Shown: positions 1-10,067, numbered from the stretch's first letter. The stretch: 64,000 bases of DNA from a virus (IMGVR_UViG_3300028805_000043), one strand, 5' to 3'. The notes: generated from the sequence alone by a model not told the origin. Program-made: numbers and translations.

Positions 1-970
1 AACTCTTTCAGGTCCACAAGGTCCACAAGGTGCTAAAGGCGACCAAGGAGAACAAGGTCCTAAGGGTGACCAAGGAGAAACTGGTTTATTAGATAATTCT
101 ACATTAGCTGGTTTACTTGCACGTATTAAGATTCTTGAAAGTCAAAATGTTTCTAATGTTTATGCCTATGATGCTGCTGGAGTTGCTGCGATTGCAGATC
201 CTGTAAATGCTAATGTAATCTTAACATCAGCTGAAGCAATGAATGCATTAACTACAGGTGTTACATATAAAGAATTAACATTAGCTGGTGGAGAAATTGA
301 TAATACTGTTACTCTTGCAGCTACAGACAAGATTACTGTTGATGGTTTGAATATTTCTGGTGAGAAAGGTTCTATAAATGGTAAAATTACATTTAAGACT
401 CCTGATTTAGAAATTAAGAACGTTTCTATTGAAAATGGTTCAACTGTATATAATGCATTTGAAGGTTCTCAAGTAACTAATGATCCAACATATACAGGAT
501 TAGATAATTTAGTTGTTTCTGATATGCATGTTGATAATCCTTCAATGGCTCATAACGTAATTAATGTATATACACCAGCAAATAATGCAACCATAACTAT
601 TAAGAATTCTGAATTTAATTTAGCTGTTGATAATAGTAATGTATTAAGACTTGCTAATTATCTTAATTCTGAAAATGTTAATGTTGTATTTGAAAATGTT
701 AAATGGACATATGAAAATGTTCCAGGTAATGATTGGAAATGGGCTGGTTTAATAATTTTCCAACCTGCTTCTTCAGACATTGCATTAACTGGTGATTTAT
801 CTAAACTTACTACATGGACATTTACATTCAGAAATTGCGAATACAATGGTGAAAAAGTTACTGCTAATAACTTTGGCGAACATAACCAAGTATTTTACTT
901 ATATAATGTTGGTGGAACTAAAGCTGTTACAGATCCTACAACAAATGGTTTGCAATTATCTTTTGAATAA
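1..970 (+). CDS. 5'-truncated collagen-repeat protein with beta-rich C-terminal domain (fibre/decoration-like)
   Basis: Frame is open from position 2 (TLSGPQGPQGAKGDQGEQGPKGDQGETG, Gly-X-Y repeats) and continuous with ORF 239..970; the true start lies upstream of the window. Confidence 0.7.
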   Translation, partial: TLSGPQGPQGAKGDQGEQGPKGDQGETGLLDNSTLAGLLARIKILESQNVSNVYAYDAAGVAAIADPVNANVILTSAEAMNALTTGVTYKELTLAGGEIDNTVTLAATDKITVDGLNISGEKGSINGKITFKTPDLEIKNVSIENGSTVYNAFEGSQVTNDPTYTGLDNLVVSDMHVDNPSMAHNVINVYTPANNATITIKNSEFNLAVDNSNVLRLANYLNSENVNVVFENVKWTYENVPGNDWKWAGLIIFQPASSDIALTGDLSKLTTWTFTFRNCEYNGEKVTANNFGEHNQVFYLYNVGGTKAVTDPTTNGLQLSFE

Positions 971-989
971 ACTAAAGCTATTATATAAT

Positions 990-1020
990 AAAAAGGAAGT
1001 ACTTAGGTACTTCCTTTTTT
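990..1020. terminator. Bidirectional intrinsic terminator
   Basis: AAAAGGAAGTAC-TTAG-GTACTTCCTTTT perfect hairpin with A/T tails between convergent genes. Confidence 0.85.
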
Positions 1021-1042
1021 ATTTTATAATTTTAAATCAAAA

Positions 1043-1516
1043 TTAAGATTCAGTTTCAATTTCTACTTCAGAAGCTTTAGTTACATCATCAGCATCAATA
1101 TCTCCATCTTTATCTAAATCATATTTCTCTAAATCTTCAGTAACTTCTGAACCAATATGTGATTCAATTTCTTCAGGTGTTACTGGAGTTTCTTCTGGAG
1201 TTGGGTCTGGAGTTGGATCTGGAGTTGGGTCTGGAGTTGGGTCTGGAGTTGGATCTGGAGTTTGACCACCCTGTTGTCCTTGTTCTCCTTGTTGTCCTTG
1301 TTCTCCTTGTTGTCCTTGTTCTCCTTGTGGACCTTGAGGACCAACTGGTGCAGTTTCAATTTTAACATTTGCAGCACCACCTGGTACATACCATGGATTA
1401 GCTGCAGTATTAGCATCATAATGAGTTAAACCTGTTGCTGTTGTAAATTTTTGTTCAGTAGTCATTTCTGAAGTATCAACACCCATTACTTCTAATCTAT
1501 CATCTATTCTACTCAT
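1043..1516 (-). CDS. Low-complexity protein with collagen-like GEQGQQ repeats, PDPT linker and EF-hand/dockerin-like motif
   Basis: GPQGPQGEQGQQ repeats; TPDP repeats; YDLDKDGDIDADDV Ca-binding-like loop. Confidence 0.7.
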   Translation of the reverse strand: MSRIDDRLEVMGVDTSEMTTEQKFTTATGLTHYDANTAANPWYVPGGAANVKIETAPVGPQGPQGEQGQQGEQGQQGEQGQQGGQTPDPTPDPTPDPTPDPTPDPTPEETPVTPEEIESHIGSEVTEDLEKYDLDKDGDIDADDVTKASEVEIETES

Positions 1517-1582
1517 TTTATATATAACGTTATATTTTTCTTTTTAATGGTTAAAAACCATATATATAAAAATAAATTTTAA

Positions 1583-2557
1583 TTAGAATAATGATAATTG
1601 AAATGCTGTACCTGCATTAACTTTAGGAATATCCATTACTTCCAAGAATCTATTAATAGGATCAATAACATTCTTCTCCCATTGTGTTATCTTTGACATT
1701 TGTGGAGCCCATGTTGGTAATTCACCTGCAGGATATCCAAAATATCCATTTTTATCTCCTATCATTATGTTATAATATTTAATTTTTCCAGAATATTGTA
1801 ATTTATTATCTTCTCCATTCTTATGAGCTAAATAATTATATCTTGCAATAGCCTGTACAGAAACTGGGCATTGTTTTCCTAAAACTAAATCTTTTTTATC
1901 TTCTATAACATATTTCTTATAATCACCAACCCCTATAGATTGTGATATATCTTCAATTGGTGATTTATAGAATTGTTTTCTATATTCTTGTATTTTATTA
2001 TTAAATGAAAGTATATATTCTTCCTTATGTTCTTCATCATAATCAAACATAAGACTATTCATTAAATCAGTTAATATTGTTCTACAAAGTTTTGGTGTTG
2101 TAGATTTAACTAATTCAATACCTGTGCCAGATACCTTTGGTTTTTCATAATACTTTCCTTTAACGAATGCATATCCTTTAAGATATTTCTTTTTCTTTAC
2201 GCAAATCTGTGCATAAGATACAGTTTCCAATTCAAATTCATGTACGTTCTTACCATGTCTAGGATCATATATATCTCTACACCATTGATTATTCTGTCCA
2301 TCCAAAAATTCTTTATTAAATCTAAGTATCCAATCAACTTTATTTTTTCTACCTATATATTTATCTCTATATTCTTTTGTCATACATCTGAATAAAGATC
2401 CATAAGTAGTATATACAGAATTGTGTACTAATATATCATTTGCTATAAAAGTATGAGAATCATCTTCAACTTCTATATCATAAACTTCTTCATTATCAAA
2501 ATCTTCTAATTGCTCAATACTTTCTATTTCTTCTATTATATAATCATTATTATTCAT
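1583..2557 (-). CDS. polB: DNA polymerase B C-terminal fragment with N-terminal split-intein C part
   Basis: First 46 aa end in VYDIEVEDDSHTFIANDILVHN; the extein begins SVY (completing motif C) and continues with ELE, KKKKY and GIELVKSTTP palm/thumb motifs. Confidence 0.92.
   Translation of the reverse strand: MNNNDYIIEEIESIEQLEDFDNEEVYDIEVEDDSHTFIANDILVHNSVYTTYGSLFRCMTKEYRDKYIGRKNKVDWILRFNKEFLDGQNNQWCRDIYDPRHGKNVHEFELETVSYAQICVKKKKYLKGYAFVKGKYYEKPKVSGTGIELVKSTTPKLCRTILTDLMNSLMFDYDEEHKEEYILSFNNKIQEYRKQFYKSPIEDISQSIGVGDYKKYVIEDKKDLVLGKQCPVSVQAIARYNYLAHKNGEDNKLQYSGKIKYYNIMIGDKNGYFGYPAGELPTWAPQMSKITQWEKNVIDPINRFLEVMDIPKVNAGTAFQLSLF
2420..2557 (-). mobile_element. Split intein C fragment (46 aa)
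   Basis: Intein blocks F/G with terminal His-Asn followed by Ser+1. Confidence 0.92.
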
Positions 2558-3816
2558 AATTCAATCTTTAATGTATTTTTTATAAAATCTTCAACATTAA
2601 TTCCATTTCTATAATCACTTTCCCAAACAATAATAGTATCAATGTTTCTTATTTCTTTTAATAGTTTATATCTATTATTATCATTTTCCCAAATTTGTTT
2701 TGCTGTTGTTACTTTATTATGTGGGTTAGGATAATCATCTGCTTTAAATATTCTGGGATCACCATGATAATATGTCCCATTAAATTCAATACATAAATTC
2801 AATTCTAATATAAAATAGTCTAAACGAATATATGAATCAATTAAATTAATTCCATATTCACCATTTTTATTTGCATAATATGTAGTATATTTATTTCCTA
2901 AATATTTGTCTAATTCATTAAAAAACTTTTGAGAAATTTTTGAATAAAAATTATGATGTTTATTTAACATTATTTCATATTGTTTCAACCCTTCATCTTT
3001 TCCATATTTATTTATAAAATTTTTTAATGTTAAAGCTTTAGATTGATTAATTTGATTAGTTTTTTCTTCACCATATTTTTTAATCATATATTCTTTTGAT
3101 TTTGTTAATTTTTGTTTATTAACATAATCTTCAAAATATTGTTTTCCTAATTCTTCTCCATATTTATTTTGTAAATTTTCTAATGTAACTCCTCTACTTT
3201 TATTAAATTGTTTAAAATCTTCTTCAGACCAATTATATTTTTTCTTTTTATATTTAAATGTATTTGTTTCAGCTTGTTTATTACAATAATCATTCCATCT
3301 TTTTACACCATCTTTTTCTCCCCATTTTCTTATCATGGTTTCTTTAGTGATACCAGTGATCATTGAACATATTTTTTTATAATCATCATAAGAATATCCA
3401 TAAGAATACGCTCCATATTTATTTGCTTTCATAAAATAATATTTTGGAGCTTTTGGTGGATTATCTTTAAAATGATTTAATAAACAATTTTCACAACAAC
3501 TTAAATAATATTTTTCTCCATTTATTTCTCTATAATAAATTTGTGGAACAGCTAACATTAAATAATTATTTTTCTTATTATATTGAATTAAAAAATTAGA
3601 ATTAACAATTATATTTCCACAAAATCTACAAACTGCAAATAAGTCTTTTGGTAGTTTTAAAGCTATTTGATATTTTTCTTCTTTATTATTTGATTTATTA
3701 AATAAATTAACTAATTCAATAATTTCATTTATATTATCATATTCATTTAAATATAATTTAGGAAAACTATATTCTTTTAATTCAACGCTTGTATGATAAT
3801 ATTTATTAATTTTCAT
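2554..3816 (-). CDS. Free-standing homing endonuclease, VSR/DUF559-like C-terminal nuclease
   Basis: C-terminal RLDYF..LCIEFNGTYYHGDP..IIVWESD; repeated KYG helical motifs; overlaps both polB halves. Confidence 0.8.
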   Translation of the reverse strand: MKINKYYHTSVELKEYSFPKLYLNEYDNINEIIELVNLFNKSNNKEEKYQIALKLPKDLFAVCRFCGNIIVNSNFLIQYNKKNNYLMLAVPQIYYREINGEKYYLSCCENCLLNHFKDNPPKAPKYYFMKANKYGAYSYGYSYDDYKKICSMITGITKETMIRKWGEKDGVKRWNDYCNKQAETNTFKYKKKKYNWSEEDFKQFNKSRGVTLENLQNKYGEELGKQYFEDYVNKQKLTKSKEYMIKKYGEEKTNQINQSKALTLKNFINKYGKDEGLKQYEIMLNKHHNFYSKISQKFFNELDKYLGNKYTTYYANKNGEYGINLIDSYIRLDYFILELNLCIEFNGTYYHGDPRIFKADDYPNPHNKVTTAKQIWENDNNRYKLLKEIRNIDTIIVWESDYRNGINVEDFIKNTLKIEL

Positions 3817-6136
3817 TCTTAACTGATAATATTTTATCTGTATTTTTATTAATATCTTTGGCTTTAATTGTTAATTGCTTACCATTTCTAAATACAACAC
3901 AACTATGATCACCAGTAACAATAATTTCTTTACCTGATTTTGTTTTTATTTTAAATTGTGTTTTAGAAACTTTATGTTTCATAATATATTTAATTGGTAC
4001 AAAATGTAATCCTTTTTCTTTAGTATAATTAAGTACCTCAATATCTTTTAATCCTGGTGTTATTTCTTTAGAAGAATCTTTTGAATCATAATTAAATACT
4101 CCAGTAAACTTATAATTATAATTAAATAAATCTTTAATTGTTACCTTTAAAAGTTGTTGTTGGTATTTAATTAATAATAAACTATTTTCTCTAATACTAT
4201 CTGTATCTGAATATACACTAATAGGTTGTTTGCGATACCAATCATGTTTAGATTCATCTAATTTAAAATCAAATTTTTCCCAAAGATCTTTACGTTCCCA
4301 AAGTGTTTCATGGAAGAAATATTCAAGATTATTCCACATAGTCTTTGTAAGATTACGACATTCACCAGTAATATCACCAGCTAAAGCCATGTTATAGAAA
4401 TAGAAGAATCTATTTGCACAACAACCATAAAGACCATTACCTAATAATTTCATAGCTAGCTCAAGTAATGAATATTCATGTCGTAAATCTTCAACATCTA
4501 TTCTGAATTTCTTTAATTCATCAATAGACATGTTATATATATTCTTACCTGGGAACTTTTCATTCATAAGATTAATTACATCATCATGGAACTTCATTGG
4601 TTCTCCTTCCTTGCCTGCAATTAATCTATCAATCTCTACAAGCATTTCAGAATCTAACTTCTGACCTGTATATTTATATTTATCTCTATTAGCCTTAAGT
4701 TTTGCTTGCACGATACGGAATGTATAGTCTTTATCATTCTTATATACATTACCCATAACAGTAACAAAGTAATTAGGATCTTTTCTAAATTCATCTAATT
4801 CTTGTTCTGACCATTTAGCTATTGTGTATCTACCAAAACTATCTGGGCCAACTTTCTTTTCATATAAATTCTCAAATGAAAGATTACAAGTACGAACCTG
4901 TGAAGGATATAGGGATGCAAAATCATCACAAACAGTAAATTCATAACGACCTGGTACACATCCACAGAATGCACCTTCATAAGGTACTTTTACTCTTTCA
5001 ATAGCATCATAATCCCAAACAATTTTCTTTCCTTGAGAATAGAATTCTTCAAATACATTTGCAGTACCTAAAGCAACCTGTCCAAATGCTCCTTGTAATG
5101 ATACCAATGTTACTGATGACACTGCACAAGGAGATTCAATAGCCTTTAATTTATAATGAATTAATTCACCGATACAACTATCAATTGCGTTATAGAAATA
5201 ATACCACTCAGGATCCCTTTCATATAAATCTTGCAATGATCCCTTATACTTAATCTTATGAGCTTTAACTGCAGCGTTACCAACCCAATCCAAAGAATAT
5301 GATTCGTATGGCCTTAATATATAATCATATTGTTTTACAATCTCCATGTAGTCCAATAATATTGAGTGTGCAGGACCAAAGAAATATTTCTTTTCACCAG
5401 AAATATCTTCCCATGAATATCTTTTAATTTCACCAGTTGGAGATGACTTACGAATAATATTCATTGCCACATTTCTTCCAAATAACTTATTAAGACGTGT
5501 CGTCATATACAGCATATCGAATCCATATGAATTCCATCCTGCTAAACAACCAATTTTTGGTATTATAATCGTAAAGAAATGCTCAAGCATTGCTTCCTCA
5601 GTTGGAAAATATTGATATAATACTTTAGGTTTCCAACCATTATTTTGTATTAAAGTTGAAGCAAATTCATTTTCAGAAAGCCAATCTAAATAACGTTTTT
5701 TAAATAATTCTACTTGTTCCTGCGACAAATTATGTAGTCCATATACAATACAGCTTAAATCTGGACCAACTAAAGATATAGCTGTAACCTTTTGATCTGC
5801 TTTCTCTGGATCAGGAAATTCAGAACTTATTTCTGTCTCAATATCAAAAAAATATAATTTTGGAAAATATTGTGCATGTAATTGTTGATTAATATCTTTT
5901 GGTAATTCATACATAAATTCCAAAAGTTCAAATTCATTAGGTGTATAATCTAATGTATCTTTAAAAATTTTATTACAACGTTTTCCATCCCATGTTTCAT
6001 ATTCACCATCATTTGCATATTCATAAGATTTAATATGATGAATATATTTTTGAAAAAATTGTCTATTTCCTAATTTATCAATGTATGAAATAACTAATTT
6101 TTGTTCCTTCTTGTTCCATGTTCTATCAAGTATCAT
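3806..6136 (-). CDS. polB: DNA polymerase B N-terminal fragment (exonuclease + palm) with C-terminal split-intein N part
   Basis: FFDIET (ExoI), GWNSYGFD (ExoII), YNAID (ExoIII), DFASLYPS (motif A), KLLGNGLYG (motif B), YSDTD (motif C). Confidence 0.93.
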   Translation of the reverse strand: MILDRTWNKKEQKLVISYIDKLGNRQFFQKYIHHIKSYEYANDGEYETWDGKRCNKIFKDTLDYTPNEFELLEFMYELPKDINQQLHAQYFPKLYFFDIETEISSEFPDPEKADQKVTAISLVGPDLSCIVYGLHNLSQEQVELFKKRYLDWLSENEFASTLIQNNGWKPKVLYQYFPTEEAMLEHFFTIIIPKIGCLAGWNSYGFDMLYMTTRLNKLFGRNVAMNIIRKSSPTGEIKRYSWEDISGEKKYFFGPAHSILLDYMEIVKQYDYILRPYESYSLDWVGNAAVKAHKIKYKGSLQDLYERDPEWYYFYNAIDSCIGELIHYKLKAIESPCAVSSVTLVSLQGAFGQVALGTANVFEEFYSQGKKIVWDYDAIERVKVPYEGAFCGCVPGRYEFTVCDDFASLYPSQVRTCNLSFENLYEKKVGPDSFGRYTIAKWSEQELDEFRKDPNYFVTVMGNVYKNDKDYTFRIVQAKLKANRDKYKYTGQKLDSEMLVEIDRLIAGKEGEPMKFHDDVINLMNEKFPGKNIYNMSIDELKKFRIDVEDLRHEYSLLELAMKLLGNGLYGCCANRFFYFYNMALAGDITGECRNLTKTMWNNLEYFFHETLWERKDLWEKFDFKLDESKHDWYRKQPISVYSDTDSIRENSLLLIKYQQQLLKVTIKDLFNYNYKFTGVFNYDSKDSSKEITPGLKDIEVLNYTKEKGLHFVPIKYIMKHKVSKTQFKIKTKSGKEIIVTGDHSCVVFRNGKQLTIKAKDINKNTDKILSVKNEN
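3809..4198 (-). mobile_element. Split intein N fragment (130 aa, Ser1)
   Basis: Starts right after YSDTD with SIRENSLLLI (block A); IIVTGDHSCVV (block B TxxH); ends at the polB-N stop. Confidence 0.9.
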
Positions 6137-6427
6137 TCAAATTGTTAAATATATTTATCGTAAATCTCTTTATATAAGAGATACGGGAGAACATCCCGTT
6201 TTAAAAATTCTTATTAATTAAATATAGTACATTATAATATAGAAATAAACGATTAACATAATAATATTTAATCAATCATGTTATGAAATATTTAACAATA
6301 TTTAGCTGCATTAATTGGTTTTGATACAATTTATAATACTGAAGATTCTTTATATGAATATATTGAAACAGAACATCCAGAATATTTAGAAAAAATCATA
6401 GAATATGATCCAGAATAATAAAAAAAC

Positions 6428-6459
6428 AAAACCTAGTAATCATGAGATTACTAGGTTTT
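6428..6459. terminator. Intrinsic terminator
   Basis: AAAACCTAGTAAT-CATGAG-ATTACTAGGTTTT inverted repeat downstream of 6489..6770. Confidence 0.8.
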
Positions 6460-6488
6460 ATTATACTATATAATTATATTTAATTGAC

Positions 6489-6770
6489 TTAATAATTGAA
6501 AATTACATCAGCTTTAACTGAATAAGCAGCACCTCTAAATTCACGGCATAGAGTTTGCTCATCAGTATGCCAAAACATTTTCTTTTGTAGATGTGGTCCA
6601 ATATATTTCATTGGAATATATTTCTCAAATTTCTTTCCATTAATTTCATAAATAAATTTGATAATATCCTCAAACAGATAATCCTGTGCAATAATAAAAT
6701 TATTAAAACGTGGATTGTAAGTTACTTTGTATACGTCTACCCTCTTGTGATTCAAATTTCTCTGTTTCAT
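6489..6770 (-). CDS. Hypothetical protein
   Basis: 93-aa ORF in a co-oriented run, followed by a terminator. Confidence 0.65.
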   Translation of the reverse strand: MKQRNLNHKRVDVYKVTYNPRFNNFIIAQDYLFEDIIKFIYEINGKKFEKYIPMKYIGPHLQKKMFWHTDEQTLCREFRGAAYSVKADVIFNY

Positions 6771-6783
6771 ATTATTTTATTTA

Positions 6784-7509
6784 TTAAAAGATATATTCTG
6801 TTGCCTTAATACTCTGTAATTTATTCATCAGTTCAATATTATTCATAAATCTGCCGCGAAGATTTCTATAGCAACTTCTCTTAGCAGCTAATTTCTCATC
6901 TTCAAATGTATAAAATTTTGCCGAACGGAATTCACCGATTCCGTAGAAAATATAATGTGGAAGTTCTTTATGAAGATTCTTTACTTTATAAATATCAGTC
7001 TTAAACAGAAAATTCATTCCATTTGTACCACGAATTACACAAACCAAAGCATTATTCTTTTTATTTTCTATACAACGAACAGAATTATCAGAAAGCTTTG
7101 ACATACCCATCTCCTCTTTAGTAACATGATTTGTAATTTTGTAACCAGATTCCCTTGACAGACGAGCAGCTTCACCTCTGAAATAATAACCATGAGCATC
7201 ATATTCGCGAGCAGTAACCTTACGATGATTACGAATATAATGCTCAGGATGGAATGTATAATCTGCGATATGAATCATTTCATGAAGAAGTGTTTGAATC
7301 TTAACAACCTCATCAGAATCATAATAGTTAGACATTGCGATCATTGTGGGAATAATTGTATCGTTAGCAAAATCATAACGATAATACGCGCAACCCCATG
7401 TATGCTTTGTGCGAGAAGTCTTAAACTTAATATTTGGTAATAAACCGTTCCAATACAGATTATTGAACTTGTTGTAATTCTTCTCAATCCAAGCAGTTGT
7501 AACTATCAT
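6784..7509 (-). CDS. SprT-like zinc metalloprotease
   Basis: YNKFNNLYWNGLLP; TLLHEMIH (HExxH); AHGYYF. Confidence 0.8.
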   Translation of the reverse strand: MIVTTAWIEKNYNKFNNLYWNGLLPNIKFKTSRTKHTWGCAYYRYDFANDTIIPTMIAMSNYYDSDEVVKIQTLLHEMIHIADYTFHPEHYIRNHRKVTAREYDAHGYYFRGEAARLSRESGYKITNHVTKEEMGMSKLSDNSVRCIENKKNNALVCVIRGTNGMNFLFKTDIYKVKNLHKELPHYIFYGIGEFRSAKFYTFEDEKLAAKRSCYRNLRGRFMNNIELMNKLQSIKATEYIF

Positions 7510-7529
7510 ATTGTTTATATTTGTTTGAT

Positions 7530-7565
7530 TACAATATTAATATAGTACATCTAATAAAAAATTCA
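7530..7565 (-). promoter_or_regulatory. Recurrent early/middle promoter-like motif TTGAA-N(~17-19)-CTAT(A/T)TT
   Basis: Same motif upstream of minus-strand genes near 7.55, 11.36, 12.34, 13.66, 20.35, 43.83, 44.33, 55.74 and 59.97 kb; the 7.5 and 12.3 kb copies also share TTGTAATCAAACAAATA. Confidence 0.6.
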
Positions 7566-7712
7566 AATAATATATGTATTTCTTACATCTATAATGTAAT
7601 ATAATATTAGATTTTTATGTAAAAATTAGAATAACAAAATAGGGCTACCTTCACAGGCGACCCTATCCAAATTTATATAAATTAAGTATTATTACAAAGT
7701 CTCATTTACTTT

Positions 7713-8015
7713 TTATACAGCTTCATTAGATGCATTATATTTATTTTTGTTATAGTAATTAAGTAATTCTTGTTTGGATTTCTCCAACCAATAATTTCTC
7801 TCTTCATCATTATCGAAGCATCCTTTGTATTCGTCATTTTCAAATATATGATCAACTAATTTAATATCATTATCTGATAAATTTTCTGTTGGTAAATAAT
7901 GACATGTAAAATTACCCCATCTCAATCTGATATAACCAATTCGATGCTTTCCTTTATATGCCCAATATTGTTCAGGACATGCTTCACAAGTTTGTTCTAA
8001 TATAATTTGATTCAT
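7713..8015 (-). CDS. Hypothetical protein (start revised to 8015)
   Basis: QTCEACPEQY..GYIRLRWG motif; the extra upstream codons overlap a hairpin. Confidence 0.7.
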   Translation of the reverse strand: MNQIILEQTCEACPEQYWAYKGKHRIGYIRLRWGNFTCHYLPTENLSDNDIKLVDHIFENDEYKGCFDNDEERNYWLEKSKQELLNYYNKNKYNASNEAV

Positions 8016-8093
8016 ATTGTTATATAATTTAAAAATAAGCAGGAGTGTTTCACAACATCCCTGCTCCAGTGTAATCAAAATCAATAAACTGTA

Positions 8094-9017
8094 TTAAAGT
8101 GCGGAATTTACATTCCTAACAGCTTCAATGGATACATTATACTTATTTTTTGTTTCGTCTGAAAGTACTACAGGAACCAAATCTTTAATTCCATTTTTTC
8201 CAATTGTTACAATAGTACCAATACATAGATCAAACTCCTTGCGGTAAACTGAAGAAGCAACAGGAGTATTCTCATCAAAAGCAATCATCTTTACAGTTTC
8301 ACAGATTCCCTGCGCGGGTGCCTCCCAAGCAGAAGTTCCAAGCATCTTCGTAAGAATAGCTCCACCCTTCATCGTATTCTCAACAACATCCGCAATCTCC
8401 TCATCAGTAAAGAAACTTGTAAGAGGTTTACCATTAACAGTTGCCTTCTCAACAAGAGGAATCATTGTAGTATCACCATGTCCACCAATTACCTTTGCAA
8501 CAATATCATACTTACCAAATCCAAAACGATTAATAAGCTTCATACGAATATTGTATTCAAATCGAGCTGAGTCAAGCATACCGCCCATACCAATAACCTT
8601 ACGCCAATTCTCCTTACCAAGATAATTGACAGCCATCATAGTCATCGTATCCATAGGATTAGATACTACTACAAAGATAGCATTAGGAGAATACTTAGTC
8701 GCACCATCAAGAACCATTGTCATTACCTTTGAATTGACACCAACTAGTTCCTCGCGTGTCATACCAGGCTTACGGGGTATACCAGAAGTAATAACAATAA
8801 CATCAGAATTAGCAGTCATTGAATAATCTCCAGTAGTACCACGAACAATAGTGTTAGAATCAGTCATCATCAATGACTGCATAATATCCATTGCCTTACC
8901 CTCTGCAACACCCTCCTTGACATCAAGCAGTACTACATCATCTACAAAATCAGCAGCAGCAATCTTCATAGCTGCAGTTGCGCCTACATTACCAGCTCCA
9001 ATAATTGATACCTTCAT
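8094..9017 (-). CDS. mdh: Malate dehydrogenase (LDH-like MDH)
   Basis: GAGNVG Rossmann motif, GKAMD, PRKPGMTREEL (MDH substrate Arg loop), VSNPMD, LDSARF, IGGHGD. Confidence 0.92.
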   Translation of the reverse strand: MKVSIIGAGNVGATAAMKIAAADFVDDVVLLDVKEGVAEGKAMDIMQSLMMTDSNTIVRGTTGDYSMTANSDVIVITSGIPRKPGMTREELVGVNSKVMTMVLDGATKYSPNAIFVVVSNPMDTMTMMAVNYLGKENWRKVIGMGGMLDSARFEYNIRMKLINRFGFGKYDIVAKVIGGHGDTTMIPLVEKATVNGKPLTSFFTDEEIADVVENTMKGGAILTKMLGTSAWEAPAQGICETVKMIAFDENTPVASSVYRKEFDLCIGTIVTIGKNGIKDLVPVVLSDETKNKYNVSIEAVRNVNSAL

Positions 9018-9170
9018 ATTTTAATTATTTTTACGTTTATTATAATTATTAAGTTCGTACTGAATCATATCGAAATAAGTGTAATTATTTTGTTTACAAA
9101 CATTCCAATTGATTGTATTGTGAATAATATTTCTAAGAAGTTTAATTATGTTTAAAATCGTATTCATATT

Positions 9171-9506
9171 TTAATTATTATATGACCTCATTATCTTTCT
9201 CCATTTTTTCTTTCTACAATCAGGAGTAATATCTCTCCACCATTTATCACCCTCATTAGCCCACATAATTTCAAATACTCTATCATATTTACCCAAGAAC
9301 GGATAATTATATCCTACACGAATTGACATTTTAGTTGTAGGGTTATGATAAAACAAATAATTTGAAAATGTGAATGGTGGATCCTCAGGGCGAAAACCGC
9401 CATCTCTTACATATTCAAACCCATCATCTAAAATTGCCTGTTTAAGCAATTCTAAATTAATATCGTTAAATCTATCGCGAATTTTTTTAGGATAAATAAT
9501 TGGCAT
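9171..9506 (-). CDS. Hypothetical protein
   Basis: 111-aa ORF with a promoter-like motif upstream. Confidence 0.65.
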   Translation of the reverse strand: MPIIYPKKIRDRFNDINLELLKQAILDDGFEYVRDGGFRPEDPPFTFSNYLFYHNPTTKMSIRVGYNYPFLGKYDRVFEIMWANEGDKWWRDITPDCRKKKWRKIMRSYNN

Positions 9507-9585
9507 GTTATTTATTAATTCAAATTTATTAATTACAATAATAATATAGTATCTTTATGAAATAATTTAAATAATATATGAATAA

Positions 9586-10062
9586 TTACATTCCTAATTT
9601 TTCCTTTAATCTTTTATATTCTTCAATATCCTTTTGTTTTTCTTCTTTTTCTCTTTTTTCCTTTAATTGTTTATTAAATAGATTACATACTTCTTGTGCT
9701 TCTTTTAATGTTTCAAAAATAGCAACATTATATGCCCAATCAACTTTAAAGTAGTTTTTAGATATTTTATCACCATAATAAGGAACAAAATCTTGAAGCC
9801 ATTGAGATGCATATCTATGATTTTTTACATATTCACCAGTAACTCCAGTCCCACCTATTTCTTTGCTAAAATTAACATAACCACATACTATTCTGTATAC
9901 ACCATTCTTTTTCTGTGGTGCTTCAATAAAATAATACTTTGAACCATATTCACAGTATTTTTTATATTCGTCATTTGCTAATACATAATCATATAATGGT
10001 TCACCTCTATAATCTTTTTGGCCATTTAATACTCTTGTAAGTTTAAAATTTCCAATTATCAT
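9586..10062 (-). CDS. Hypothetical protein
   Basis: 158-aa ORF with charged helical C-terminus. Confidence 0.7.
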   Translation of the reverse strand: MIIGNFKLTRVLNGQKDYRGEPLYDYVLANDEYKKYCEYGSKYYFIEAPQKKNGVYRIVCGYVNFSKEIGGTGVTGEYVKNHRYASQWLQDFVPYYGDKISKNYFKVDWAYNVAIFETLKEAQEVCNLFNKQLKEKREKEEKQKDIEEYKRLKEKLGM

Positions 10063-10067
10063 ATTGC

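Noticed and set aside
6278-6418. Acidic plus-strand reading-frame fragment ending IIEYDPE
   Set aside because: No in-frame start because a TAA precedes it; at most a gene remnant
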